A stretch of DNA of 63,537 nt, counting the filler, from Choristocarpus tenellus KU-1152 (Eukaryota > Protista > Phaeophyceae): assembly GCA_964200185.2 (NCBI GenBank). It is 13 parts of 13 records of this genome, joined end to end, with 100 filler letters (N's around TTAATTAATTAA, not from the genome) between each part and the next. Parts side by side here need not be neighbours in the genome. Positions count along the whole stretch, not along the records: positions 24,605 to 28,359 come from CAXNAD020018132.1; positions 28,460 to 31,642 come from CAXNAD020021717.1; positions 31,743 to 35,529 come from CAXNAD020017920.1; positions 35,630 to 39,491 come from CAXNAD020017520.1; 9 more parts are not named here. One strand, given 5' to 3'. Position 1 is the first letter of the stretch. The number at the start of each line of letters is the position of its first letter. The position numbers and the translations under genes were made by a program. Below are positions 25,950 through 38,900 of the stretch, piece by piece. The notes below the pieces were generated by a model that worked only from the letters and a program-made list of their open reading frames with translations, was not told where the DNA came from and ran no database searches.

Positions 25950-27285
25950 TTACGCACAATATGTGTGTGTCGGAGATCCAAAAAAAGGAACCCGTCCCTG
26001 ACAATACATGTAAACACTTTTGGTCTTATCCAACAACCATATTCGCTTCCTATTCTTCTTCCCAATGTTCTAGATCAGACTGGAGTAAAGTCGATGGTAT
26101 TTTCATTCCGCAAGGAATTCGGAGTCAAATTCACCCTCTGGCAATTAATTTCTCAGAATAATCCTTTGGGATATGAAATGGAACAGCAGGGAATTAAAGC
26201 AGAACGAATCTTTGACGATCTAAGCGAGGAGTTGTCCAATCGTAGCGACCAGTACGCATTTGTCCCAACCAATCAAAATGCTGCAAAATCTGTCGTACAA
26301 CGATAAGACAACCACTGCTTTAGGGTACCGTGGCTGATGCTCGTGCTATGTGCGCAAGCATGTCCAACCCTTTGTCTGCCCCAGTTGAAACTCCGATCAG
26401 CAGACAGGAACTAGGACTGCCCCATCATAGCAGGATATCCTTGCCACGAGAGGTGCCAAGCCAAAACTCACTGCCACACCAAGAGGTGGTTAACAGTGTG
26501 CAGTTGACCCTCGCGCCGATGCTCCAACCTGTTTTGTCCCAAGGCCGCCGCCCACTGTTTGTACTTCCTTGACAAACCAACCTGCTTGTGTTCCTGGGAA
26601 ACATGGGACCTCGTTCATTCCTAAGAGCAATGCATCCGCACTCGTTCGACCAGTAACACCTGCCCCCCAGTCCGTGCCCCGATCCACATCTTCTTTAGCC
26701 ACAGACAGAGCGAGCGATACAAGTCGACACCATTCGGGTATGGATTTACCTTCACCATCTGCTTCCCAAGATGAGGTTGTCGCATGGCTAAAGGCACATC
26801 ATGTTTGCTTCCATCACACTTTCGGTCGCGGCTGCTTCAAGTCTATCAGCCGCAGGTGCAGGTATACCCATGTCAACTCCATAGTACCCAAGGGCTATTT
26901 CGCATGTCTTTCCCAAGATATAAGCAGAGTACTACCCCAGCAAACGAGTCGCGCACGATGGTAGCCTTGACAGACTCCCATCTGCACTGCTTGGCTGCAA
27001 TGCAGGACTTTGAATCTCTGCCACTATTTGTGAACAGTTCAACCGATTCTGAAGCGTCCGAGTTGCCTTGAAGGTGCCCCCTGGAGTCTCAAGCTCTAGG
27101 GAACTTAGCCACTGTAGCCATAAGAAGCATGACCCCCACACCCACCTCGACAATATTCGCTATGTCACCTGCCCAGCGATCTAGTCAAGTATGGATATCT
27201 GCGCTACTATGACATCCTCGCAAAGTCCGCTCGAGAATGCCTGTACAGATAATCTTTGACACAGGTGCAGGTAGTGGGAACTAGA
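25950..27285 (+). mobile_element. Degenerate gag-protease-like region of a probable LTR retrotransposon
   Basis: Broken ORFs containing a CCCH-like finger (VCFHHTFGRGCFKSISRRCRYTH, ~26805-26870) followed by an aspartic-protease-like motif QIIFDTGAG (~27246-27272). No LTR or PBS was identified. Confidence 0.42.
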
Positions 27286-27361
27286 TTTCGATTGCTTTTT
27301 GGCGCAGCACTACTCTCTGAGGGGGTAGTACCGGCCTACCGCACCTTAACCAAGAAGGTAA

Positions 27362-27420
27362 GACCCAAAGTATGTGGGGGTCTACACCAGGGTGTCAAAT
27401 TGGGTCAAAATCAGGAAAAG
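27362..27420 (+). mobile_element. G-rich TIR terminus, internal copy
   Basis: GACCCAAAGTATGTGGGGGTCTACACCAGGGTGTC...AAAATCAGGAAAAG, matching 3393-3460. Confidence 0.7.
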
Positions 27421-28026
27421 TGTGAATCGTGTGATTCTGTGGTGGTGTGGTTCACTCAGGCAAGGGTGGCGAAGAGAATCACCGGGTAAGATGGACCAGA
27501 CGAACAAAGACGAACCATAACCGAGGGGGTACGAGATTAAGATGGGCAAGTGCAAAAAATGAGGAGTGATGAGCATCTTCAAAGATGGGGCTTCATCACC
27601 ACAAGTCAAGACGTGAGAACAAAGTGGATCTTCCATGTGTGATTACCCAGCACCAGCTACTGTGGCTGTGGATGAAAAATCCACTGTGCCCCTCTCCAGA
27701 AGGAGAAAGGGGCAAGGAGTCAGAGGTTGATTCAATACAACATAATTTGTTCCCATCATTGGGATACTAATCCCTCTAGAAGGGGGTCCACAAAAAAGAG
27801 GTGCCTGGGGAATGAGTGCATGCCACTACACGAGAACCTGTGATAACTCTAAATGACAAGCTGTCCCAAGTCTGTGGGATTGGTCTCGTGAAGAGATTCC
27901 ATGGTTTCATTCTGACGGAAGGTCTGCCAGTGGAATCGTGGATGTTTGACAAGGAACCTAAATCGGCACAACGGTATAATGGTATATGGGATACGGAAAA
28001 TAACGATATAACAACAGACAAACATG
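27421..28026 (+). repeat. Dispersed repeat, homologous to 19615-20030 (-)
   Basis: Colinear homology; this copy carries extra internal sequence. Confidence 0.75.
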
Positions 28027-28337
28027 TGCGAAATAGGACAATAGTGAGGTGTACCTTATTTTGTGTATGAGAGATTATTATTTCGATTGAGTCCATGAGA
28101 TGTAACTAATGAGAAAGTACATCAGAATTATGAATGGAATATGTATAGTTTTTTTTATTTGAATTCAACTACTTTGATTTAATTGTTGACTTCTGTAGGA
28201 AGCACAAGTAATAATAAACAAGCAATGAGAAGACACCCGACAAAGGTCACTCTTCTAATTTCACCCATTCATTCTTTTCACGTTCAGTGAAAGGGGTCGT
28301 GTGAGGCTTCACACCTTCTTATCTTCACTACTGACAA

Positions 28338-28359
28338 GACCCAAAGCATCTGGGGGGGG
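28338..28359 (+). mobile_element. G-rich TIR terminus at contig end
   Basis: GACCCAAAGCATCTGGGGGGGG. Confidence 0.6.
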
Positions 28360-28459
28360 NNNNNNNNNNNNNNNNNNNNNNNNNNNNNNNNNNNNNNNNN
28401 NNNTTAATTAATTAANNNNNNNNNNNNNNNNNNNNNNNNNNNNNNNNNNNNNNNNNNNN

Positions 28460-28545
28460 GAAAATGTCATTAAAAAACCCATGGGAAGCCAAGCCCCAAA
28501 TGGACAAACAGGGCAAAACTCGTACCGTCTAAGATACTTTCACTC
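28460..28545 (+). mobile_element. ~255-bp MITE family, copy E (partial, contig start)
   Basis: 3' part ending TCTAAGATACTTTCACTC. Confidence 0.85.
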
Positions 28546-29099
28546 CTGGTGTAAAACCCACGAACGACTCCACCGTCCTCAAGTCCATCGATAAGGAGCT
28601 GTCAGGCCATCGAGAGGTAGGTGTCCAGCGTTAATTTTGCAACAAGCATACAGTGGCGAAAGGTCGCTGTCATTGCCCTCCTAACCCTAAGTAAATCGGT
28701 ATCCTTTTGCGAATGAAGACTCCCACGTAGGTGTTTATGGCAGCAGCAGTAGCCTCACTCACCACAAAAATTCCTGTTATTAGCTGCCCCAACACCTTGT
28801 AAGACAGACTACCTCCTGATAGTGTACAACGGGCTGTGGGAGGGACAGGTCATGTAGCGATATTCCGGCCCGGTACGTGCGTACTTCCTACCATCCCGAT
28901 AGCTTGGTGTTTGTCTTGAACGCAGCAATAAAAAACATATCCCATTACAAACATCTATTGTTAACCAGACTACATTTTTGTTACTAACCCTAACCTGATA
29001 CGTGTTAACAAGCGGCTTCTTTTTTTTTAGCTCTGAGCAGATTTATTTGATTAATTAACGTGATGTTGCTGTCCCCCATTCGCAAGATTATCAAAGCGG

Positions 29100-30880
29100 A
29101 TCGGCCGGTCATCACCAACAGCACCAGCAACGCCATGCGGGCCAAAGCCGACGACAAACCTCTCGGCTTCATGTTCATGTCCGTAAACGCCGCGAACCAG
29201 ACAGCACACGCCCTCCCTGCACTTTACCCACCTACCCACGGTGGTGACAGGCAACCACACGCGCGCACAGTCCATCCGACAAGAATTTTGCAGCCACACA
29301 CGGAACAGAATAGACGACCATGTTTTATCCTACGGATGAGTGTAAAGTCCCAACAAAATAATCGCCAAAACAAACGCATATAATTCCACTACCTATTCAA
29401 TTCATTATGATGACCTTTCTTTACCCCTTCCTTACGTTCATGTCCCCCTTATCAGGGGCTACTCCGAGCGCCAGAAGATCATGGCCGCACACGTCGAAGG
29501 CCAGTTCGCGGAGGTGTTCTTGACTCCTATCAATCTTGGAGGAGGTACGTACTGTAGAGTACCGTAAGAGCTAATCAACCGGTGGTAGAGATCGCAGACA
29601 TGTACATCAGCCGTATGGATGTATGTCCTCTACATTGCATAAACAATTACATTACCCCTCTTTTTAGCTCCAAACAAACAATTCGTAAATGAGCAGAGTA
29701 CTTTTTACCAACAGTTGTTGAACATTATTGTTCGCGCAGGTTGTAACCTTGTCTGCACAGCCATACACCTTGCCCTCACAAGGCTTATCAACAAGTACCC
29801 CAACAGCCTCGATGACTCGGGGAATTGTATCATCCAGCATGCGCATTGGCAGGCAAGAAGGTTTCATCCTGACACGACCTACTCAACACAGACTTGCTGA
29901 ATACCTAACCCTAACTAACTGCACGGTCTTTAGTTTTAGTTTGTGTGTTGCAACCTGCATGTATGATGGTGATGTAGAGATTGCGCTCTAGCAATACTGG
30001 AAACCTACCCTGTTCCTCCACGAAACGCGGCGAAATGGGCTGACATAGTGGCCTCACGCCCATCCCTCCCTCGCTCCCAACTCCCCAAACTGGCCAGGGA
30101 GTGAAAGTATCTTAGAGGGTACGAGTTTTGCCCTGTTCGTCCATTTGGGGCTTGGCTTCCCATGGGGTTTTTTATGACATTTTCCTACTCCAAAATGTTT
30201 CGGAGTAGATAAAATGTGTACGTTATGAAAAGGTGTGTCTGAAACATAGATATTGACACTTCCTAACAAAAACGATAGCCAAAATTACATCAAAACTGCA
30301 ACATTATATTTTGACCCCCAAATGGACGCAGCTCTACCCTCTAAGATACTTTGGCTCCAGGTCAACAACTGCGTCTCACCCAATTGGTATATTGATTTTT
30401 CCATATACATGCATCAGAGCATGTCCCTGCATATATATCTTGCTTCTCCACTTCGTTTCTTTCGCCCCCGCCTCGAAATTAACTTACTTGCGTCTCATGT
30501 TCAGGTTCTCACGTGGAATAAAAGGCAAAAACATTTTCACAGCTCCTCTTACACGGGAGGTTCCTGCATACTGGAAGACCCTACGGAACCTGGGAAACTT
30601 CAAGGGACTCCTTGAAGGTCGTGTCGACCGTGTCCCGAACATCACGAGCTACAGGGCTTTTCGCGTTGAAAAATCCGGTGATGGGCGGGTTAAGGTTAGC
30701 CTTAAGCGATACATGCACAGCGCCGAATGGAGTGGAATAGGGGGAGACCTTGCTATCGACCCCAACGCCCCTCCGCACGACCTCTTCATCGGCCACCCGC
30801 CTCATATCCAAGATGCACCACCCTACCAGCTCAAGAGCGTTCCCAAAGAAGTCATCCTGAAGGTGAAGCATCGGTACTAG
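29100..30880 (+). pseudogene. Intron-containing, inactivated Sola-like (DUF7869-type) DDD transposase
   Basis: Phase-compatible exons ..29250, 29456-29544, 29740-29852, 30361-30386 and 30505-30880 give FMSVNAANQTAHALP...RQKIMAAHVEG...GCNLVCTAIHLAL...HWQ|VNNC...W|FSRGIKGKNIFT...NITSYRAFRVEK..G.V...K...W. This parallels SIxIDGMDQ..LP / GxN / LQxDNC / FS.I / HxFRF. The catalytic Asp positions read Asn and the GHTH segment appears deleted. Confidence 0.65.
30099..30357 (-). mobile_element. ~255-bp MITE family, copy F (TSD CAGG)
   Basis: Full TIRs, with CAGG at 30095-30098 and 30358-30361. Confidence 0.93.
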
Positions 30881-31742
30881 GCGTCGCACGAGCACCTCCC
30901 TGCTGCGTACCCACTGGGTAAGACGAGTTTTTCGTGAGGGGAGTTGATAGTTAATTTTGGTATTCGGTGGCAGTCAAAAAAACCAGGTGTAAGTTTTATA
31001 CTCTGCAGCATTTGCAGCCTTTAGAAAAAAAAATCTTGAATAATTTTGCATTCTCATGTGTAGTGATCGTCGCATGTTACCATAAAAATTACCATAGATT
31101 ACTCCCCATAAATGTTTTGAGGGTACCGATCTTGTACTCAACAGAGACGATTCCGACGAAATATACACCCTCCCTCTCACCGCATGCTCCCCGAGCGCAT
31201 TCATGAAACCTCACGCCTGGTAACAAAGTAACATTCATACATCCATGCATCCATACCGTTGATGTCCTTGTGCTCATGTATTCCACCCTCGCAAACGATG
31301 AAGCTGTTCAGAGAGCGAAACATGAGCAAAGCGAGTCTGTGTGGCTTCTCGAAAAGACAGGGGAACGAGATTTCGACCTCCCAGTCCATTGGCTTCCCAC
31401 CGATGACGATGGTGCTGGAACTAGCACTGGCGACGTCGAAGACAACGACCAGGGCGAACGTTTGGGTGGGGGGGGAAATAGGTTTACCGCTTAGGTTTAC
31501 CGCCAGTCACTTTCGGCCCAATTCTGGCGCCAGGGAAAAGTAGAGACATAGGATTAGCAATCATGTGGCAGATATTCGTATTAGTAAAATACACCTCGTA
31601 GGCGTCTTGAAGAATGGGCGGTGTGTATTGAGAGCCGAGTACNNNNNNNNNNNNNNNNNNNNNNNNNNNNNNNNNNNNNNNNNNNNTTAATTAATTAANN
31701 NNNNNNNNNNNNNNNNNNNNNNNNNNNNNNNNNNNNNNNNNN

Positions 31743-34700
31743 CCCCACGCCAGATACTCCTCCCCCCTCCATCTTGTGTTACCGCCCGTCGACCAAGGGG
31801 GGGTGAGGCAAATGATGACTGTGCACCAAATTGCTGCACAGATCCGAGTCGCACCAACGAGCCAGACGATCGACCATTTCCTCTCCCCTCCCCTTCTCCA
31901 AAGCCTGCACCTGTAGCACGGCTAACTGAAGAGAGTAACCCCCTTCCAATAGTAGACGCCTGGCGCAGTGCAGACACCTGTCTCAGGTTAGATGCCTGGC
32001 GAAGTGCAGAATTCTGCCTCACTTTTGATGCCTTCTGCCCCTGAGAACTTGCCCCGGGCATCAGCCCGGATTTTTGTTTGGTGTATGCTTGGTAGGGCAG
32101 GTTCTTCCTCGTCTCGTCCCTGTCCATGTGCACGCACATCAGTGGCACATTGGCAAGGGAATCAGGGAGACAAAGGGCAAAGGGCAAAGGAATTGGGATG
32201 ACATCAGATTGGCAGAGGGTGGGGTATGTTATTGGTGATACACACACTTAAAAGGTACACACTTACAAGGTACATGCTTCAGTTGTCTTTCAAGATACTT
32301 AGCTCACATTTCAACACGTATCAATAGACTAAATCTCTGCCGTGATATACACTATACAGTGGTAGAGCTCTACATAACTTGACAAAATGAATTCAAATCA
32401 ATGGAGATTTAAAAAAAAGACTCACAACATAGTCTGCATGACAACTTTTTTGCACTATTTTGAAAGGTGTAGGGCATAGTTGATGGATAGAGGAAATGGA
32501 AGTCATGGTCACCAATCACAACCATCAAAATGGCTGGGACCTATAGCACAACAACCCTCCTCTTAAGAGAGGGCCTACATCTTACCTATGTTGTACATCA
32601 CACTTTCTAACAGAGTATGGGGCATCGTGGTTGCCAAAACCCTCACATTAGGGCAAAGGCATTACAACCAAATTTGTCTCAAGACGCATCAACAGGGCAA
32701 CAACGCTATAGTGCCAAAAGCAAGACCAATGAAGGCAAGTTCAATGCTCTCTCCCATTGATACAAAAATGTGAAAATAATTGTTTGCAGTCAGCAGCACA
32801 GAGGTTAGACATCGAAACAATCAAAATGCAAGCCCTTTGATGTACAGAACCTTCAACATTGGACAGGTTATACTCTTACAGTTACCAACCTTCTTCCTCA
32901 ACACAACTCTTTCACAGATGCATAGGAGAGAGGGGGGAGAAGGGCTGTCCAAAAAAGTACCATGGATCTGCCACCACTATCATCACACCAAAATGATCAT
33001 GTCACCACTGTAGCATCACTGTTGAGGAATAAACAAAAAATATAGGGGACAACAAAAGCAGACAAGAAATATACATTGCAGCAGCCTTTTCCACCATCCC
33101 CACATACTCTGCACTACTCCCTTGTGCCAGGGATGTTTCCCATGTCCCCCCCCGACCTTAACCCTAACCCTAACCCTCAGAAACGCGTCTCAACATCTTG
33201 GAAACCCCTACAAGAGAGTGCATGATGGAAGTGACAGTGGGGGGGAGGTTCTATAAATAGTGCAGCAAGAACTGCAAAAAAATAATAGAAGAAAGCAAGT
33301 ACAAGAGGGCAGGCAAGAAGGACCACAATAGCTGTACAACTACAAGTGTAACGAGATGTGACTTGCCTTGCACTAGAGTCTATGATGGTGCTGATCTGCC
33401 GCATTATGACCGCCTCATTTTCCCTCTGGTTTTTGATTTTCAAGAACTCATTCGTCACCTGTGTTAGTTATTGATTGGGACAAGTTGAGGAGGGAGGGGG
33501 GGTTGTTGACTGAACTTGCAGGATGAATGTGGCATGGGGTACACCACAAACCATTGCAGAGATAATCTGTACTATAGGAGCCAAAACAGATGAGAAAGCA
33601 CAGCTGTTAGGGCCAGATCTGATGCATGCAAGCAACCTGAAGTATCATACAAATTTTCATGCTAAAACACTCTGTAGAGATACAGCAACAACTAGGGAAT
33701 TGCCCCAAAACACCAAGTCACTGTTTCCAAATACTTACGTAGATTTATTACTACAAACTATTATATACTAAATATAATGCACGTGTAACACCAGCTATTC
33801 AAATATAGCCATCTCAGATATATATAGAGCACATTCAAGATATATAAAATAAAAGTACACCAAAAGGCTGTGATCACAACAAGGAGTCATACAAGACATA
33901 ACCGTATGTCAGTGATGAGGCAACAACATGGTCTCCGCATCACCCTTCACCCCCACAAGAGCACTACTCTTGAGTAACATCTCCACAGATAGATAGTAGT
34001 CCAAAAAAGTGCAGGTGTCTCACGCCACCCATCCACAAGAATGGCCAACCAGTCCACTAATATAACGCTGTTTCCCCATAACCAAAAAGAACCCCTTCCT
34101 CACTATGGCACATACACCACCACCAGTGCAGGTAAAATGCAAAGACTACTCTCCTGTTGTTGCAAACATGCCACTACATTCATTGTACAGTGCAGTTTAA
34201 CCTACAACCATTTGCATTCAAGCCACAACATATCAAGACTATGAGAGAAAGAGAGTCTTTACAGATATCAATGCCCTGGGTCAATGGTATCACTAATTCG
34301 TATCACAAATAATGGCATTATCAACCTACTTGGAAACAATACAAAGAACTTTAACAAACTAAATTTATGATCATTTATCTACTAGCATTTTCCATCTTGC
34401 TAATTCAGTGACGCTAATACTCAGGGAGGAGGGGGGGGGGAAGATTGCATGGTGGATGCATCAAACAAGTTTCATCAAACAATTTTCTGATAACATCAAT
34501 AATAGGAACAAGATAGCTAATTATATACTTGTCTAGGGGAAACCTATCCCCCTCGCCTCTATTTTAATGTGCCCTTTACCATTACCTCACCATTCTACTC
34601 ATTTAATTTTGGAAGGCCTTGAACAACAACCTTTACATCTCTTGGAACAACAATCACTATGACTCACCGTCCCCTCCTCCTTCTCCTCCTCCTCTTCCTT

Positions 34701-34863
34701 CTCCTCCTCATCATCGTCATCATCTCTTGGACCAACCATACCCCTCATACGATCAGCCCCAATCTTCCACACATCCTCCACAGTTGCTCTAGATATGCTG
34801 CGACCTGATTTGCTGAGCTTGTTGTGGTCAGGTGACTTGAGCGCCTTAAGTGCCTTATCTTTC
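31743..34863 (-). CDS. Spliced protein of unknown function (exons 34863-34668, 33458-33367, 32119-<31743)
   Basis: cag acceptors with donors gtgagt and gcaagt; phases join in frame (..EEEGT|VTNEFLKIK...DSSAR|DETRKNLPY..). Contains an acidic run and a low-complexity region. Confidence 0.6.
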
Positions 34864-35657
34864 CTGTGACATTCAATGCAGTAAGTGGGAAGTACGTGAG
34901 TAGGTGAGGTGGATGAGTTGTGGCATGGGAGAGGTAAAAGGGAAGGGATTAACAGATAGCCAAAACAAAATTGCTGTGAGACAGGTCTGGGACACTGTGA
35001 TTGGGTGTTGGAAGGGGGAGAAGGTTAGGGGGAAGTTGGGATAAGGTTGAGTAGCTTCAGCTTCTGACTCATCAGAGAGAGAGGAAACAAAAGCATGGCA
35101 TGACTCATCACTGATCACTAAACACACCACTTCTTCTTACAACTTCCCACTAACACTTCTTTTTCTTCAAGAAAACAAAAAAAATCAGGAAAAATGTAAC
35201 ATGCACATCACAGGAACATCCATATACAGTCACATATTGTACACATCAAAACAAAGGCAACTCAATCTAGACTGTATGTGTTGCATTATGCAGATCTTAA
35301 TCATTAAAACTAAAATTGAAGAAATAAACAAACTCCTACCTCCATTACCCATTCTCCCAACAACACCACGAAATAAGCTATATGCCCACACAACAACACA
35401 CCATCTCTCCCTCTATTGCTTGAGGATAAGACAGATAGCAGACCCCCCTTCCCCCCCCCCCCCCCCCCCTCCTCCCCCCCCCCATCCCCCTCCTCCTCCC
35501 TCTTTTTTCTCTCCTCCCCTCCCTCGTGCNNNNNNNNNNNNNNNNNNNNNNNNNNNNNNNNNNNNNNNNNNNNTTAATTAATTAANNNNNNNNNNNNNNN
35601 NNNNNNNNNNNNNNNNNNNNNNNNNNNNNTGAGGGGAGTGGGAACTTGTGTTTGAAA

Positions 35658-35763
35658 GGATGGCTGGCAATCAGTGACGAAGGGCATTCGCACTGGTTGG
35701 TCATAGAATGGGATGGCTGGCAATCAGTGACGAAGGGCATTCGCACTGGTTGGTCATCGAATG
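35658..35763. repeat. 53-bp direct tandem duplication
   Basis: GGATGGCTGGCAATCAGTGACGAAGGGCATTCGCACTGGTTGGTCAT at 35658 and 35711. Confidence 0.95.
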
Positions 35764-36639
35764 GGGAATAGAGGATAGAGGAATAAGAAAATAGGAATGT
35801 ACAAAATAATAGTAATAATCCAGAATTCGTGAGCAAAACACTCTATGTTAATGGTTCAGTTACATATCTACAAAATGTTAAAGGACATAATAGCAAAATA
35901 TGCAATGGTTAAAATACACATGTTCATAGTTACGGGAAAAAATGCGCACAACGAGGAATCCTAGTAAAACCAGATCCTAATAATAATGGAAAGTAATTTT
36001 TGTACTATTTCCTATTATTTTGAAGGGGTTAAGGATACGATTCATATTGACATGGATATATATGGGGATCTGGTATTTCTAGATTGGTGTTGTGTTTTTG
36101 TTGTTTAACTGGTTGAATTGAAGCACAGTACAGGAATATCTAATTGAAGACTTTAAATGATCCATTTAACCAAGATGTTTTCTTCTCCATTCATTGTAGT
36201 TAAACCCTGAAAGTACTCAATCAATCACAGCATACTCGACCCCATATATATATTATTGGGAAATTGCAGCGTTAACTGCTGGAAGCAAAAGTTGGACTGG
36301 GTGAATGTGCTAATGGTACTTACTACCTTGAACGTTTCCACGTTTCATTCTTTCTTACTATAATAGTTGTGTAAATCAGATACTGTTTCCATTTTGTTGA
36401 TCAGATTTTTGCCTTTTTTAAGGTGGCAACACTACCCATCGTTTAACGAAATGGTGTTCAATGTTTGAAAGAGGTTCTAATCTTTAACGGTTTTTTTTTT
36501 TCGAAGTTTTGACTGTAAGACAATCTATCCTATCGATCCATAGTCAAATCCATGATAGTCGAAGCAGATTGTGGTCAAACCTTGTTGACATCTCCGTGGG
36601 ACGAACACTGTAATGCACATCGATTGTGTAGTCAACAGC

Positions 36640-38900
36640 AATGGTGAACGTTGCGCCCACGTGCATAGATTTGCTGCTGGTGATTCGACTAGTGATTGTC
36701 ATCAAGGCTACTTGGAGTGCCCTTGGCTATAAGATGACAACACTGACAGAAGGAGCGGACAAGAGCACTCGCAGTGTAGCTGTGAGCACCGCAGGTTATG
36801 TAACACCACCTCGGTTCAGGTGAACTGGGAGGGCTACGGCGAACCTCGCAAGTGGTCAATGATCGATGCCACTCGACAACCATTGACAAAAGGAGAACAC
36901 AAACTAACTTGCCTTGCTATGGACAAAAATACGAGACTGTAGACAATAACCTACATCATGCCCACCACACAATATCCACAGGATACTCTATGTTATGCTG
37001 TTCTTGTTGAATCTCTCAGCTGGACTTGGTTCGATACTAAACCTAGTTATGAACTTCGTGGCGAAGACGAGTGTTTCATGTCAACTTCATCATCGTCCTG
37101 TGGGAGTGTTTTCGACACTTCGTTTCTCCTTCTTAAGCCTGTGTATTCTTGCGAAACTCGACGTCACCAGCGGTTTCAGTGGTCGAAGGTTCCCACGTTG
37201 TGAGCAAGTTATTCTGTGCACCAACAAGCTACTATCATACATCCTCTACCCCTCCATGGCAATGTTTTTAGTCATCAAGACGACTGTTTATGTGGATGAT
37301 GAGGTGCGAGATACAAATCTGGGAGACAGATACAAATTTTGAGTATACCTTGTCCTTTGTGCAATGATTCAGTAACGAAAATTATCCACTCAATGCAAAT
37401 CGTGTGGAACAATAACACGTAGAGACTTTGAGGCAGTTCTGAACTATAGACTCTTGTCATCCAGCGAGAGCTGCGCAACTTCTGCATTCATTCTTTCCAC
37501 AATGGACGTGAGTACGATTTACAGCCCACAGTATTCTCCTGAGAAGAGGATAACTGCCTTAGGGTGTTCTGTAGTTGACCGCCTCTTTTGTTTCATAGCT
37601 GTGCTATCACGTTTTGAGAAGTACGTGAGATGTTCACTCGCTAGCCTTCAGCAGAGTACCTTGCCTTCATCACCACTAGCATTTGCTCGTTAATCACGAT
37701 CTTCCGTCTTTCCCAATAAAAATCAACTGGTGTGCAGGAGTCATGTCATGTAACATTTTCACTCCTCCATCCTGAAGAAGAAGCAATGGTATTATATATC
37801 TCAGGTGCTGGGGTTCTAACAGTGGTTGTTCAGGTGGGTGATCCTATGACCGTGACCCTTTTCATATTGCTATATTATTTTCAGCCTTCGCCATGCCACA
37901 CACTCTTTCTTTTCATGTGACCTTGATGGACCAAGGGACTCTAAATGAAAAAGTTTAACACTCCATAGAATTACATATCACAAGGTATTCCAGAAATGGT
38001 CAAGGCATTGGCATGCAGTATTTGATTTGACTGTCCTTCACCGACAGTTTGTTGCAGCCACAGCAACATTTTTCATCACACAACACATTGTAAGGTTTGG
38101 GCAAAAGGAATAATTTTCATTTGTTGGATGGAGTACTCACTTTTCTATTGTACTTACAGCACGGTCATTGTTTCTGTAACGATAAACTGGACTCCTACTG
38201 GGGAAAGAATGGGATCAACAAAAGTAGGTATTGGTATTTGAAGAAAGTGGTCCAAATATCTTTTGACGCAAGTCGCGTTTATACACTGTCCAAATTTATA
38301 GCATCTCAATCAGACTAGTAGAGCTCCGTTTGGTTGGTTATTGTACATTATGCATATGCAATCTACAATTTACAGAGATTTTACTATAATTTAGTCCCAT
38401 CACAACCACCATCCTCTCTTTTCACAGGGGGCCCTGTAGAGACGTGTTGTCTCCAATATCCTACTCAGAGGCCACTAGACTCAATTTCCAGGCAGCATTT
38501 TGTCAATCTGGAACTTGAACCTACCTTTGGTGTTGGTGTGCACTCTATGTTCCTGGAAAACGGATGATGCAAAACAACAAAGCCTGGATGTTCATCTTCG
38601 TATTCCCCCTTGTGCTCCCTTCCTAGGTGTTGTCTTTGCTTTTACTGTTCATCCAACCACTTGTATCGCAGTCAAAGTCACTCGTGACAAGTCAGCACTC
38701 TGCAAAGATGTATCGCAGGGTGATACTTCGAAATGTGTTTTGCACTGCCGGGTTGGTGTTGGTACTTATTGCCAGTGCTGTCATGACGATGTCTACAGCA
38801 ACATATTCAGATTGTTTAAGTCTGACAACATTCAATATTTGAAATGCTGCGCTTTAGATACTGGGATTAAGCACAACAATTCAGCAGGTGGCTCCAAGTC
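36640..38900 (-). mobile_element. Highly decayed hAT-like transposase
   Basis: Ordered remnants on the minus strand: BED-finger-like AKHISKYHP (~38720), GIPC (~37985), VDIVWW...SIARQV (~36910-36985) and TASALVRSF...SSLDD (~36700-36780, dimerisation-domain-like). Many stops. Confidence 0.4.

Noticed and set aside
20311-30615. Recurrent short ORFs (MLGSVNI..., YPLRYF) as a gene family
   Set aside because: They are chance translations of the non-coding MITE copies.
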